The position numbers were made by a program, and so were the translations under genes. Of a stretch of DNA of 64,000 bases, positions 30,101-47,049 are shown one piece after another. The first letter of the stretch is position 1. Every line of letters begins with the position of its first letter. The notes under the pieces are model-generated. The model had not been told where the DNA came from, searched no databases, and worked only from the letters and a program-made list of their open reading frames with translations. Origin of the DNA: the human T2T-CHM13v2.0 reference genome, Homo sapiens; NCBI RefSeq assembly GCF_009914755.1, contig NC_060947.1. One strand, written 5' to 3'.

Positions 30101-32812
30101 TTGTCTGAAACTAGAATTGCAACCCCTGCTGTTTTCTTTTTTTCATTTGTTTCATAGATTTTCCTCCATTCCTTTATTTTGAGCCCATGGGTTTCATTCC
30201 GTGTAAGATGGTTCTTTCGAAAGAAGCATACCATTCGGTCTTGCTTTTTTATCCAGCTTGCCACTCTGTGCCTTTTAAATGGGACATTTAGACCAGATGC
30301 CGTGGCTTACACATATAATCCAAGCACTTTGGGAGGCCAAGTGCTGATGGAAGGCCAAGCTCAGGAGTTTGAGAGCAGCCTGGGCAACAGGGTATAACCC
30401 CATCTCTACAAAAAATACAAAAATTAGCCAGGCATGGTGGTGGTGCATGCCTGTAGTACCAATTACTCAGAAGGCTGAGGTGGGAGGATGGCTTGAGCCT
30501 GGGAGGCAGAGGTTGGAGTGAGCTGAGATCACACACTGCACTCCAGCCTTAGTAACAGAGTTAGATCCTGTCTGAAAAAAAAAAAAAAGTGGGAACTTTA
30601 GTCTGTTTAAATTCATGGTTATTATTGATACCTGTGGATTTGATCCTGTCATTGTGCTGTTATGTGGTTATTATGTTGGTTTGTTTGTGTGGTTGCTTTA
30701 TAGTAACACTGGTCTGTGTGTTTGAGTGTGTTTTTATATTAACAGGTAGCGGTCTTTCCTTTATATATTTAATGCTTCTTGTCTGGTGATAACAAACTCC
30801 CTCAAATTTGATTATTTAGGAGGATCTTATTTCTCCTTTGCTTAGGAAGGTTAGTTTGACTGGATACGAAATTCTTGGTTGAATTTTATTTTCTTTAAGA
30901 ATGTTGAATATAGGCCCCCAGTCTCTTGTGGCTTGTAGGATTTTAGCTAAGAGGTTCACTGTCAGCCTGATGATGTTCCATCTATAGATGACCTGTCCTT
31001 TCTCTCTAGCTGCCTTTAACATTCTTTCTTTCATTTCAAACTTGGAAAATCTGGCAATTATGTGTGTTGGAAATGACCTTGTGTAGAATCTTGCAAAAGA
31101 TGTCTGTATGACCTGAATTTGACTGTTGGCCTCTCAAGCAAGGTTGGGGAAGTTTTCATGGACAATATGCTGAAATATGTCTTCTAAGTTGTTCGCTTTC
31201 TCCCCTCTCTTTCAGGGATGCCAATGATTCATGTATTTGGCCTCTTTACATAATCCTATACATCTTGGAGGTTTTGTTTATTCCTTTTTATTTATTTTTT
31301 CTTTATTTTTGCCTGACTGTCTTATTTCAGAGAACTAGCCCTCAGGTTCTGAGATTCTTTCCTAAGCTTGGTCTATTCTGTTGTTAATACTTGTGATTGC
31401 ATTGTGAAATTCTTGTACACAGCTATTCAATTCTGCCAGATTTGCTAAATTCTTTTTTATACTGGCTATTTCATCCTCAACTCCTGTATTGTTTTACTGT
31501 GATTCTTGTTTTCCTTGGATTTGGTTTTGTCATCCTCCTGAATCTTGATTATCTTCATTCCTATTCATATTCTTAATTCTATTTCTGCCATTCCAGCCAG
31601 TTCGGCCTGGTTAAGAACTCTCATTGGAGAACTGGTGCTGTTGTTCAAAGGACATATGACACTGTGGCCATTTAAGTTACTATAGTTCTTTCTCATCTCT
31701 GCATGTGGGTATTCCTTTAACTGCAGTGTAGATTGAGTACAGTCAATAGATTTATTTTCTAGATGTTTTCACTGGGGCAAGGCTTAGTGCTGGGTCTCTA
31801 TTTGAAACTTACTTTTTGTCTCTAGTTTCAGAGGGGAGAATGTTAGTGAGGTATTTTTATTGTTAAAGCTTTGGGGTATGATTCAGTAGGTAGCACTTAA
31901 GCTTATTGGTTAATTGGTAGATTCTTGCTTGGTTGTGTGGCTCCCCTTTGTTTCCTCAAAGTTACAGCTATGTTTTCTCTCAATGCTCTGAAAGTGTGTG
32001 GGTTTCTCTCCCTCTTAAGTACTGGCTGTAGATTGTGGCTTGGCACTCTGGAGCTGCCTACTGCAGCTCTGGGGAGATCTCAGTGTTGTTATTCCTTCTC
32101 CAGCTTGGTGGTGCAGAGAAAGGGACCTTAATATTGGTTGTGGCCAAGGACATTTTGCTTGTCTCCTGTGGGCTCCGCCCAAGACAGATGCAGGTCAGCA
32201 ATTGCTCAGTGCAATCAACCCAGGATAGGTGACCTGTGGTTTGGGCCCAAGCCAGGGGTTCTCTATCTGGTGACAAGCAGTGTGAACTGTGTGGGACCTG
32301 TGGGAGATGGATTGGCCTTCTCTCCTTGGGTCAACTTCAGCTTTCTGGAGGTGTGGATAAAGCATTTAGGGTCTTTGCTTCTTCATTAGTCTGATGGTAG
32401 CAAGGGCAGTTCCTTCCACTGCAGAGGCAGTAACAGAGAGGCTTTCAGTTGCCCCTGGAAGCTCTGTCCAGGGGGTTGCTCTGTTGTTAGTGGCTCAATA
32501 TCTCTGGTAGAAGGTGGCTGGAGACCCAGGCCTGGAGGACCTTCTCAGTGAGGAGATTTGGGAATGTGCACCCACATAACAGTCTGGTCACTTTTCCATA
32601 AGGCTGCTGTGGTATGCTAGGGGCCCATTTCAGCCCCTAGTTGCCTCGAATTTTCCAGCACCTGGAGGTATCACCAGTGAAGACTGTGGAACCGCAAAGA
32701 TGGCAACCTGGCCCTGCCCCTCCCTCTGGGAGCTCCATTTCAGAGAGGTATAGATCTGTTGTCAGGTCAAACGCACCCGCAGTATGTGGCTGGATCCCAC
32801 ATTGGGAGGTAT
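27122..32812 (-). mobile_element. Old L1 (L1PA13-16-like) from ORF2 into the 5'UTR; its next 3' piece lies at 23704-23728/23820-23845
   Basis: ORF2 fragments 27440-27727, 28227-28724, 29239-29757, 29799-30047; ORF1 fragment 30816-31034; GC-richer 5'UTR ~31750-32810. Confidence 0.88.
30291..30588 (+). mobile_element. AluJ SINE
   Basis: Dimeric Alu with J diagnostics (ctgggcaaca, gtgggaggatggcttgagcctgggagg); diverged TSD AAATGGGACATTTAG / AAGTGGGAACTTTAG after TTTT. Confidence 0.9.
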
Positions 32813-32814
32813 CC

Positions 32815-36540
<3,726 letters not shown>

Positions 36541-36844
36541 TACTCAGCTTCTGGGGTGTCCAAATATCCTCCCTCTGAATCTCCCAGTACCTGCAGGTCA
36601 TAGGGCAACTGAGGCTGTGACAGAGACTCTTGGAGCTCCTCAGAGCAGAGAAGACTAGTAGGGAAGGCAGGACCATGAGCTCAGTGGCAGAGAGACAAGG
36701 CCTTTTGCAATCTTTAATTTTTTTATTTTTAACCTGGCTTCCTAGGGGTCACCCTTGTGTTTACACAATTTAATGGTCAGTAAATGATTGGTCAGCAAAT
36801 GATGGTAAGAGGTTTTACTCCAATAACTTGAGTCAGGAAAGCAC

Positions 36845-37255
36845 TGACTTAATGTTAGTGTTGCTAGAAAGAAAAATCTGTGGCTGGGTAATTTATAAAT
36901 AAAAAATATTTATTTGGCTCATAATTCTGCTGGCTGGAAGATCAGGTATCTGGTGAAAGCCTCATACCGTTTCCACTCATGGCGGAAGCTGATGTGAAGT
37001 TGGCATGTGCAGAGATCACATGGTGAGAGAGGAAGCAAGAGAGAGGAGGAGGAGATACTAGGCTATTTTTAAGAACCAGCTCTCATGGGAAGTAATATTG
37101 AGAACTCAAACTTCTTAGCCCCCTCCAAGGTGGGAATAAATCTATTCATGAGGGATCTGCCCCCATGACCCAAACACCTCCCATTAGTCCTCACCTCCAA
37201 CATTTGGAAACAAATTTCAGCGTATTTGGGGAACAAAAATATCCAAACAACAGAA
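36845..37255 (-). mobile_element. MST-family (MSTB/MSTC-like) MaLR solo LTR
   Basis: ggctgggtaatttataaa...tttatttggctcataattctg...cattcatgagggatctgcccccatgacccaaacacctccc-type motifs. Confidence 0.85.
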
Positions 37256-37259
37256 AACA

Positions 37260-37912
37260 TCCACCGATTTCTGATGAATTTGTGTGTGGTTTTCAGGCAA
37301 TTCTCAAATACTCCCAGCTTTTAATGTCCGCCAGGCCGTTTTAGATCTCCCTGTACATCCATGCAGCCTTCTAAGTGCCAAGAATAGCCCCTCTATTGTT
37401 CTTTCATACCCAGAACTTCCTGTTAAATTTTAGATAATTGGTTGGTCATTTTAGATAATTGGCTGGTCTGCCATTGACCCCAACCAGGGTTGCACCCTAG
37501 ACTACCATTGCTGCTGGCTTTCCCTGCTCATTTTCTACCAAGTTTGCTACTTTTACTGACAATGTCACTGGACGTAGAGTTTCCATCCACTGCTCCAAAT
37601 CAAGTTAGCCCCCCATTTCAGGGAAGCTGTTGATTTTCACCGCCACTCTGCTGTGGTAGAATTCCCTCACCTACTAATACGGTGGTGGAATAAGAGCAGC
37701 CTCAGAAAAGAATGCCACAGACTCTCATTGTTCTTCCCTAAAATTCAATTACTCGTGAATAAATGTTTCTCATTTTTTTTCTTTGCCATTGTTCATTGCC
37801 ACAGCCCTAAAACAGTAGTGGGCTTTTTCAAAAACATTATTATCTCATTTTATAGTTATTTGGGAGCAGAGGATTTTTGCTGTTCTCTTCACTATACCAT
37901 AGCCAGAAGTCC
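37260..37912 (-). mobile_element. Old L1M (L1MC/MD-type) 5' end, with a 21-bp tandem duplication at 37427-37468
   Basis: agactctcattgttcttccctaaaattca...gaataaatgtttctc...ctataccatagccagaagtccc terminus. Confidence 0.6.
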
Positions 37913-38050
37913 CAACTTTTTTTTAAGGTGAATCATTTATTTAGAATCAATAACTTGCTACAATTTGTTTTGGATGATGCTTTTAGTCGGATGTTAACAA
38001 CAAATAGAAATCAACATAGAACAAGCTACACTCCATCACCACAGATAAAT

Positions 38051-40584
38051 TCTTTTTTTAAATCTTTTAAGTTCAGGGGTACATGTGCAGGTTAATTATA
38101 TAGGTAAACTCATCCCATGGGAGTTAGTTGTACAGATTATTTCATCACCCAAGAATTATGTCTAGTACCCATTAGTTCTTTTTTTCTGATCCTCTCCTTC
38201 CTCCCATCCTCAACCTTCTGGTGGGCCCCAGTGTTTTTTGTTTTCCTCTATGTATCCATGTGTTCTCATCTTTAAGCTCTCACCTATAAATGAGAACATA
38301 TGGTATTTAGTTTTTGTTCCTGTGTTAGTTTGCTAAGAATAATGGCCTCCAGCTGCATCCATGTTCTTTCAAAGAACATGATCTCATTGTTTTTAATGGT
38401 TGCATAGTATTCTATGGTGTTTATATGCCACGTTTTCTTTATCCAGTATACCATTGATGGGCATTTTGGTTGATTCCATACCTTTACTATTGTGAATAGT
38501 GCTGAAATGAACATACAAATGCATGTGTCTTTATGACAGAATGATTAATATTCCTTTGGGGTACTTACCCAGTAATGAGATTGTCAGGTCAAACAGGTAG
38601 TGTTGTTTTTGGCTTTTTGAGGAATTACCACAATGCCTTCCACAATGGTTGAAATAATTTACACTCCCACCAACAATGTATAAGTGTTCCCTTTCCTCCA
38701 CAACCTCCCCAACATCTGTTTTTTGTTGTTGTTGTTGTTGTTGTTTTTGCTTTTTATAATAGCCTTTCTGACTGGTATGAGATGGTATCTCATCACGGTT
38801 TTGATTTGCATTTCTCTGATGATCATGATGTTGAGCATTTTTTCACATGCTTGTTGGATGCATGTATGTCTTCTTTTGAAAAGTGCTGTTCATGTCGTTT
38901 GCCCGCTTTTCCATGGGGTTGTTTTGTTTTTCTTGTAAATTTGTTTAAGTTCCTTAGAGATGCTGAATATTAGACCTTTGTCAGATGCATAGTTTGCAAA
39001 AATTTTCTCCCATTCTCCTTAGTTTAATTAGATTTCATTTGTCAATATTTGCTTTCATTGTGATTGTTTTCAGTGTGTTCGTTATGAAATATTTGCCCAT
39101 TCCTATGTCCAGAATGGTATTGCCAAGGTTGTCTTCTGGGTTTTTATAGTTTGAGGTTTTACATTTAACTCTTTAATCCATCTTGAGTTGATTTGTATAT
39201 ATGTAAGGAAAAGATCCAGTTTCAATTTTCTGCCTATGGCTAGCCAGTTATCCCAGAACCATTTATTTAATAGGGAGGGCTTTTTTTTTCCTATTGCTTG
39301 TTTTTGTCAGCTTTGTTGAAGATCAGATGGTTAGAGATTCAATGTTATTCCTGTCAAACTACTAATGAATGTTGATGTCATATTCTGAGACTGCTGAAAT
39401 TCTTTATTAGCTTAAGGGGCTTTTAGACAAAGACTATGTGGTTTTCTAGGTATAGGATCATGTAACCTGCAAACAGGGATAGTTTCACTTCCTTTCATCC
39501 TATTTGGATGCCCTTTATTTCTTTCTCTTACCTGCTTGCTCTGGCCAGATATTCCAATACTGTGTTAAATGGGAGTGGTGAAAGAAGGCATCCTTGTCCT
39601 GTGCCAGTTTTCAGGGAGAATGCTTCCAGCTTTTGTCCATTCAGTATGATGTTAGCTGTGAGTTTGTCACAGGTAGCTCTTATTATTTTGAGGTATGTTC
39701 CCTCAATACCTACTTATTGAGATTTTTTAACATGAAGGAGTGTTGAATTTTATTGAAAGCCTTTTTTGTCTCTATTGAGATAATCATGTCTTTAGCTATG
39801 TTTATGTGATGAATCACATTTATTGATTTTTGTATGTTGAAACAAGCTTGCATCCCAGGGATAATACCTTATTGATCATGGTGGATAAGGTTTTTGATGT
39901 GTGGCTAGATTCAGTTTGCCAGTATTTTGTTGAGGATTTTTGCATCAACGTTCAAGAATATTGGCCTGAACTTTTCTTTTCCTGTTGTGTCTCTGCCAGT
40001 TTTTTTTTTTAACTCAGCATGGTGCTGGACTCATAAAATGTATTAGGGAGGAGTCCTTCCTCCTCAATTTTTTGTAATAGTTTCAGTAGAAATGGTATCA
40101 GTTCTTCTTTGTAAGTCTGCTAGAATTCAGCTGTGAATCTGTCTGGTCCTGGGCTTTTTTTGGTTGGTCAGCTATTTATTACTGATTCAATTTTGGGGCT
40201 CATTATTGGTGTATTTAGGGATTCAATTTATTCATGATTCAGTCTTGGGAGGGTGTGTATGTCCAGGAATTTATTCATTTCTCCTAGATTTTCTAGTTTA
40301 TGTGCATAGAGGTGTTCATAATATATTCTGATCGTTATTTGTATTTCTGTGGGGTCATTGGTAATATCCTCTTTGTCATTACTAATTGTGTTTATTTGGA
40401 TCTTCTCTCTCTTCTTCTGTATTAGTCTAGCAGTGGTCTACTTTATTAATTTTTTCTAAAAACCAACTCCTATATTTACTGAACTTTTGGTTTTCTGTAC
40501 CTCAACCTCCTATAGTTCAGCTCTCATTTTGGTTATTTCCTTTCTTCTGCTAGCTTTGAGGTTGGTTTGCTCTTGGTTCTCTAG

Positions 40585-40622
<38 letters not shown>

Positions 40623-43600
40623 GTTGTGATGTTAGTTTGTTAAATTGAGATCTTTCTAACTTTTTTATGTGGGCATTTAGTGCTATAAGTTTCCCTCTTA
40701 ACACTGCCTTGGCTATGTCCCAGAGATTCTGATACATTATATCTTTTTCTCATTAGTTTCAAAGAATTTCTTGATTTCTGCCTTAATTTCATTATTTACC
40801 CAAAGGTAATTTAGAACTGTGTTCTGAAAGAGAGATTGTTATGATTTCAGTTCCTTTGCTTTGCTGAGGAGTGTTTTGTGTCTGATTATGTGGTCAATTT
40901 TAGAGTATGTGCCATATGGTGGAGAGAAGAATGTATATTCTGTTGCTTTTGGATAGAGAGTTCTGTAGATGTCTATCAGGTCCATTTGATACAGTGCTGG
41001 GTTGAGGTACTGAATATCTTTGTTAATTTTCTGCCTGGATGATCTATCTAATACTGTCAGTGGAATATTGAAGTCTCCCACTATTACTGTATGGAACCTA
41101 AGTCTCTTTGAAGATCTCTAAAGACTTACTTTATGAATCTGAATGCTCCTGTGTTGGCACATATATATTTAGGATAGTTAGGTCTTGTCAAATTGAATTA
41201 TTTACCATTATACAATGATCTCCTTTGTCCTTTTTGATCTTTGTTGGCTTGAAGTCTGTTTGCCTGAAATTAGGATTGCAACCCCTGCTTTTTTCTGTTT
41301 TCTATTTGCTTTGTAGTTTTTCTCTATCCCTTTATTTTGAGTCTATGGGTGTCATTGCGCATGAGATGGGTCTCTTAAAGACAGCATAACAATGGGTCTT
41401 GGTTCTTTATCAAGATTGCCATTCTGTGCCTTTTAATTGGGGGCATTTAGCCCATTTACATTCAAGGTTAGTATTGACATGTGTGTATTTGATCCTGTCA
41501 TCATGATGTTAGCTGGGGATTATGCAGACTTGTTTGTGTGGTTGCTTTATAGTGTCACTGATCTGTGTATTTTAGTGTGTTTTGTAGTGGCTGGTAATGA
41601 TCTTTTCTTTCCATATTTAGTGCTTCCTTCAGGAGTTCTTGTAAGTCAGGTCTGGTGGTAATGGATTCCCTCAGAATTTGCTTGTCTGAAAAGAATCTTA
41701 TTTCTCCTTCACTTATGAAGCTTAGTTGGGCCTGATATGAGATTCTGGGTTGGAATTTCTTTTCTTTAAAAATGTTGAAAATAGGCCCCAATCTATTCTG
41801 GCTTGTAAGGTTTCTTCTGAAAGGTCCACTATTAGTCTGAGGTGCTTCCTTTGTAAGTGACCTGACCTTTCTCTCTAGCTGCCTTTAACATTTTTTCTAT
41901 CATTTTGACTTTGGAGAATCTGTTGGCTTTGTGTCTTAAGGATGATCTTTTTGTGAAGTATCTTACTTGGGTTCTCTGCATTTCCTGAATTTGAATGTTG
42001 GCCTTTCTAGCTAGGTTGGGGAAGTTCTCATGGATGATATTCTTAAATGCTTCTTAAGTTGGTTCCATTCTCCCTATCTCTATCAGGAATAACAATGAGT
42101 CCTAGATGTACATAATATCATATTTCTTGGAGGTTCTGTTTGTTCATTTTCATTATTTTTTCTCTATTCATGTCTGACTGTCTTATGTCAGAAAGCCAGT
42201 CTTCAGTCTCTGAGATTCTTTACTTAGCTTGGTCTATTCTCCTATTAATACTTGTGATTGCATTGTGAACTTCTGGTAGCATGTTTCTCAGCTCTATGAG
42301 GTTGGTTACATTCTTTTTTATACTGGTTATCTTGCCTGTCATCTCCTGTATCATTTTATTGTGATTATTAGCTTTCTTGGATTATGTTTCAACATATTTC
42401 TGCATCTCAGTTATCATCATTCCTATCTATATCATGAATTCTATTTCTGTCATTTCAGCCATCTCAGCCCGATTCAGAACCCTTGCTGGAGAGGTGGTGT
42501 GGTTGTTTGGAGGAAAGAAGGTATCCTGGCTTTTTGAGTTGTCAGAGTTCTTGTGTCGGTTTTATCATCTTTGTGGGCTGCAGTTTCTTCAATCTTTGAA
42601 GTTGTTGAGCTTCAGATTTTTTTTCTTTTATCCCGTTTAGTGACCTTGAGGGTTTTATTGTGGTATAAGGTGGATTCGGCCAACTGGCTTCATTTCTGGA
42701 CAACTTTGAATGGGGTGGGGAGGTGGGGAGGCAATGCTCCACTTCCAACTCCTGGACTGTATTCTTTAATACTGAGAGACTTGTATTGGTCCTCAACTTT
42801 GTTCTCTGTCTCTCAAGTTTAGGAAACCACTGTGTTGGAGTGGCCAAGTTGCTCCTGAACCATTAGTCACTACACTCTGATGGGTGTTGTCAGTCAAACC
42901 ATTTCATAGTGAGGTGGCAGCAAAATCCATCCTCTATTCACATGTGCCAGCAGCAGTGGGAGTGGCAGCCCAGCGGGGGGTATACTCTTCAGCTGCAGGA
43001 AGGTGCTATTGGGTGCCAGTGTGACTGCTTCTTTCCCAGAATTCACCATGGTGGCAGAGGCAGCATGGCTTGGGGGTGATGGGGAGGGGCTGCTGTCACG
43101 TGTGCACACAGTCACCCTGGTGGTGGTGTTAGCACAGGGGTGAGGCACTGGTGGGCACAGTTCTGTGTGCACTCTCTGTGCCACAGGCAGGGGTGGTTTC
43201 TCAGGGTGGGGGAGTGTCTGCTGTTCCCTGTGCCCAGTTTCACTGCCATGGCAGTGTTGATTCAAGGGAGTGGCACTGGAGGGGGCAGGGCTGGCTGGCT
43301 CTGTGCCTGCCAAAGCTGTGACTGCAATAATGGTCCAGCCGGGGTAGGGGGAAGTGGAGTGAATCCACCACCGCAGTGGCAAGGGAAGGTGACCACACAC
43401 ATGCATGCTGGTGAGGCAAGGAAGGCAAAACCTGCCTGTGGACACACGCAGCAGCAAAGTGATGTGGGGAATTCCTGTGAGCTCAGAGGAAGCTGTAGTA
43501 TGGGAAATGAGTGGGCAGGCTGGCATATGGCTGTGGGGGCCACCCTGCTGGAGCTCTTCACTAGTCAAAAACAGTCCACCAGCACAGAAGCTATGATACA

Positions 43601-44190
43601 GGCCCCGAGGGCACCCAAGGCTTCCCTGCAAGCAGGCCCAGCCAGGCTAGGGCCCAGGGAGAGGCCAGCAGATCAAGGGGTACTCAGGTGGGACCAACCT
43701 CACAAGATGGCCCTGAAGAGTTCAGGCGTAACAATTCCCCTAAAGCTAAAGGAGCAAATAGAGCCTAGGGAGATGGGCTTTCCTGGCCTTACACCACTAC
43801 AGATGCTCCCACACAAAACCCTCTGGGCTCCACCTCAACTGGCATGCTGCCCCTACCACTTCTCTAAGCACCTCTCCCTGCCAACTCAAGTGTTCATGGT
43901 GGTTGAGGGGTCTCCTACTGCTGAAATTCCAGAGGCCCATGGCAAGATTGGATTGCTCCTTGCCAGTTCAACTCACCCATTCCCAGGGGTCACTGGGGGC
44001 CAGAAACAAGTCCTGGTGTGGGGTAGCCCCATGCAGAGTTCCCAGCTTCCTCCCCCTTCAGACCAGCTGCTATGTCTTCCTTCTATTTATTCTCCATGCC
44101 TTCTCTCTGAATATATGTTAGGAGTGTACCAGTCATCTTGGTCTCTTGGTGGCAGCTTTTCCACCTGGCTGTATGTAGTCAGCCATCTCC
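38051..44190 (-). mobile_element. Near full-length L1PA13-15-like element with internal deletions
   Basis: 3'UTR ttttaagttcaggggtacatgtgcagg...gtacagattatttcatcaccca; ORF2 and ORF1 fragments (38284-38514, 40510-40737, 40839-41081, 41555-41791); 5' end gtagtcagccatct at ~44188; low-complexity TSD TTCTTTTTT 38050-38058 / 44194-44202 followed by AAAA. Confidence 0.9.
40587..40621. repeat. Pure T35 homopolymer inside L1 ORF2
   Basis: Counted directly. Confidence 0.95.
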
Positions 44191-44391
44191 TATTTCTTTT
44201 TTAAAATGACTTATAGCTTTGAATTTTCAATAAGTCTTGGGGCTTCCAACTAATTAGTCTAAACTAGTAGGATATGATTATTCAATAAATCAAGTATCTG
44301 TTGAGCAACAACAATGATATTGACTGGATTACAACCCAATTACAAACCCAAACATAATGGCTTCTCCTGGTATTAAAATTCAAGATGTCTA

Positions 44392-44671
<280 letters not shown>

Positions 44672-44709
44672 AAAATTCAATGTGTCTAAATAAAAAATGG
44701 ACATTATTC

Positions 44710-44876
44710 TGGAACTTTAGTGCACTTAATAATTACCTAAGGTGGTGTAGATTCCTAGCCAACAATCCAGATTCTGCTTCAAGAGGTTTAGGGTAGACCC
44801 CAGGAAATTACATTATTAAACAAGCATCCTGAAATAATTCTGATACAGTTTGTCCAAAGACTACAATGAAGAAAGC
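44710..44876. mobile_element. MER5-family hAT-Charlie DNA transposon remnant
   Basis: gtagattcctagcc...cagattctgcttcaagaggtttagggtagaccccaggaa...aaacaagcatcc...aattctgatacag pattern. Confidence 0.65.
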
Positions 44877-45041
44877 TTAATATAAGAAAGAAGGCTATTT
44901 TCTTTAAAAATGGGCAAACATCCCAGCTATACTTTTACACCAAATATCCAGACAATTATGGTTGAAGTTATTTATTTTGGGGTTTGTTACATTCATGTGT
45001 GGCCTCATATCATCAGTTTGGAAATGTTGCTGGTAGTCTTT

Positions 45042-45540
45042 TGTGTTAGCTATAGTTTTGTCTGCTCAACGTGCTCCTCTCCCACCCCATTCCCCCTCTG
45101 GTAACCGAAAATTATTGTTGGGCTGACTGCTCTCTGTGACCATAGGAGTAGTAAGATGACTTAGACTTTTCAAATAGGAGTGTCCAATCTTCTTGGACAA
45201 AATGTTTAGTCCAGGAATGAGCAAGTGACCTAAGTTTCTCAATGAGGGAAGATTCTAGGACTCTTGTTGGACCTTAATAAATTTCTTCCTATCTTTGCAA
45301 TTTGAGAGATGTAATGTAAGCCTGTACCTGCTACTACTGTGGGAAGAGATTTTTCCAGAGGATGAAGCACACACAGAGGAAATCAGAATAAAGAAGAGAA
45401 AGAGAAAGCCATTCCTTGAGGGTCTGGCATCAATTCTGCTTGAAGCTCTGAACCTTCCAACTCCACAAAACAAGATTTCTGTCTTCTTTAGTCTGAGTTT
45501 GTTCATCTTTCATGAAACTGAAATTGTCATAACATAACTT
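45042..45540 (+). mobile_element. Ancient ERVL LTR (LTR33/LTR16-like)
   Basis: ttccccctctggtaac...ccaggaatgagcaagtgacctaag...gaggatgaagcacacacagaggaaatcagaa...tgaaactgaaattgtcataac motifs. Confidence 0.55.
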
Positions 45541-45596
45541 ACCTTTGACTAACATTTCTATCTGCTTCACTCACACTACCAGACCTATGCTCCTGG

Positions 45597-45635
45597 ACAC
45601 ACACACACACACGCACACATGCACACACACACACA
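45597..45635. repeat. Interrupted (CA)n microsatellite
   Basis: acacacacacacacacgcacacatgcacacacacacaca. Confidence 0.9.
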
Positions 45636-47049
45636 TCCCTTTTAGCAGTTCTGGAAATAGCTTCTATTTAAAAACGCATATTGAATATCCCTTTCTTAGC
45701 TCTTAATACAAATTTATAAAAAAATATAATTTTAACAAAAATAAGTTATAACAAGTAATGTCCATATATAATTTATGCAAGATTAAAATTCCACATTTTA
45801 ATCCAAACCCTACTCTTTTGAACGCTCATTATCTCAACTTTAATAACTGAAAAGTTAGGGAACACATTTGTTTCAGCTCCCCAATGTTCTATACTGTTTC
45901 TAGTGTTCCAAACTCTCTAACTTTTCTTAAAGCTCTAGTTGTTTTTGTTTCCAGCAGCCATTTCAGAACCTGAGGATATCCTTCTGAATTCTGGCACATC
46001 CTCATCTATTCTGAGTGCCTTAGTTCACACTACGATACTCTGCTTACAATACCTTAACTCTGGAAGAGAAGAAACAAAATTGTAATTTCTTTCTTCTTGT
46101 ATTGCTTCCTTATTAAAAAGGCATGACTCCTCCCTAATCCCAGAACCTGGGAAGGCTTCTCCCATTCATCCATTAAAAAACCCTCTTAGTGGTAACAAAC
46201 ACGCTGATTACAGAACGAGTGTCCCTTCTTCACCAATCCTAGCTCTTTGCAGTTATACATTTACACACCCATGTGCTTCATTTCATTTCTCTTACTCTCC
46301 CTCCATTCTTATAGACACAAAGTTTTAGAAATAAGATGATTTGTCTGTGGGATTCGCTATTTTGCATGTTTACAATAATAGAAAAATAAATGTGATTCAA
46401 TAGCATTCATTCTCATGTGAATTTCAGTTCATCATACTTCAAATTAATGAGAGCCATCTATGACAAACCCACAACAATCATCATACTGAATAGGCAAAAG
46501 CTGGAGGAATTCCTCTTGAAAACTAGCAAAAGACAAGATTGCCCTCTCTCACCAGTCCTATTCAACATAGTACTGGAAGCCCTAGCCAGAGAAATCAGGC
46601 AAGAGAAAGAAATAAAACACATCCAAATTGGAATACAGGAAGTCAAAATATCTCTGCAGATTATATGATTATATACTTAGAAAACCCCATAATATCTTCC
46701 CAAAAGCTCCTTGATCTAATAAACAAGTTTAGCAAAGTTTCAGGATAGAAAGTTAATGTACAGAAATCAGTAGCACGTCTATATAGCAACAATATCCAAG
46801 CTGGGAAAGCCAAATCAAGAACACAATTCCATTCACAAAAGACATAAAAAGGATAAAATACCTAGGAATACAGTTAAACAGGAAAATGAAAAATCTCTAT
46901 AATGAGAATTAGAAAACACTGCTACAAGAAATCAGAGTTGACACAAATGGAAAACCATTCCCTGCTCATTGGTAAAAGAATCAATATTCTTAAAATGGCC
47001 ATACTGCCAAAAGCAATCTACAGATTCAATGCTACTTGTATCAAACTAC

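Noticed and set aside
42708-42735. G-rich stretch ggggtggggaggtggggagg (G-quadruplex candidate)
   Set aside because: Only three runs of three or more G; lies in a decayed L1 5'UTR without other support.
42894-43631. 245-aa minus-strand ORF in the L1 5'UTR
   Set aside because: Non-ATG start, low-complexity Pro/Ser/Thr composition; treated as evidence that the region is stop-poor rather than as a gene.
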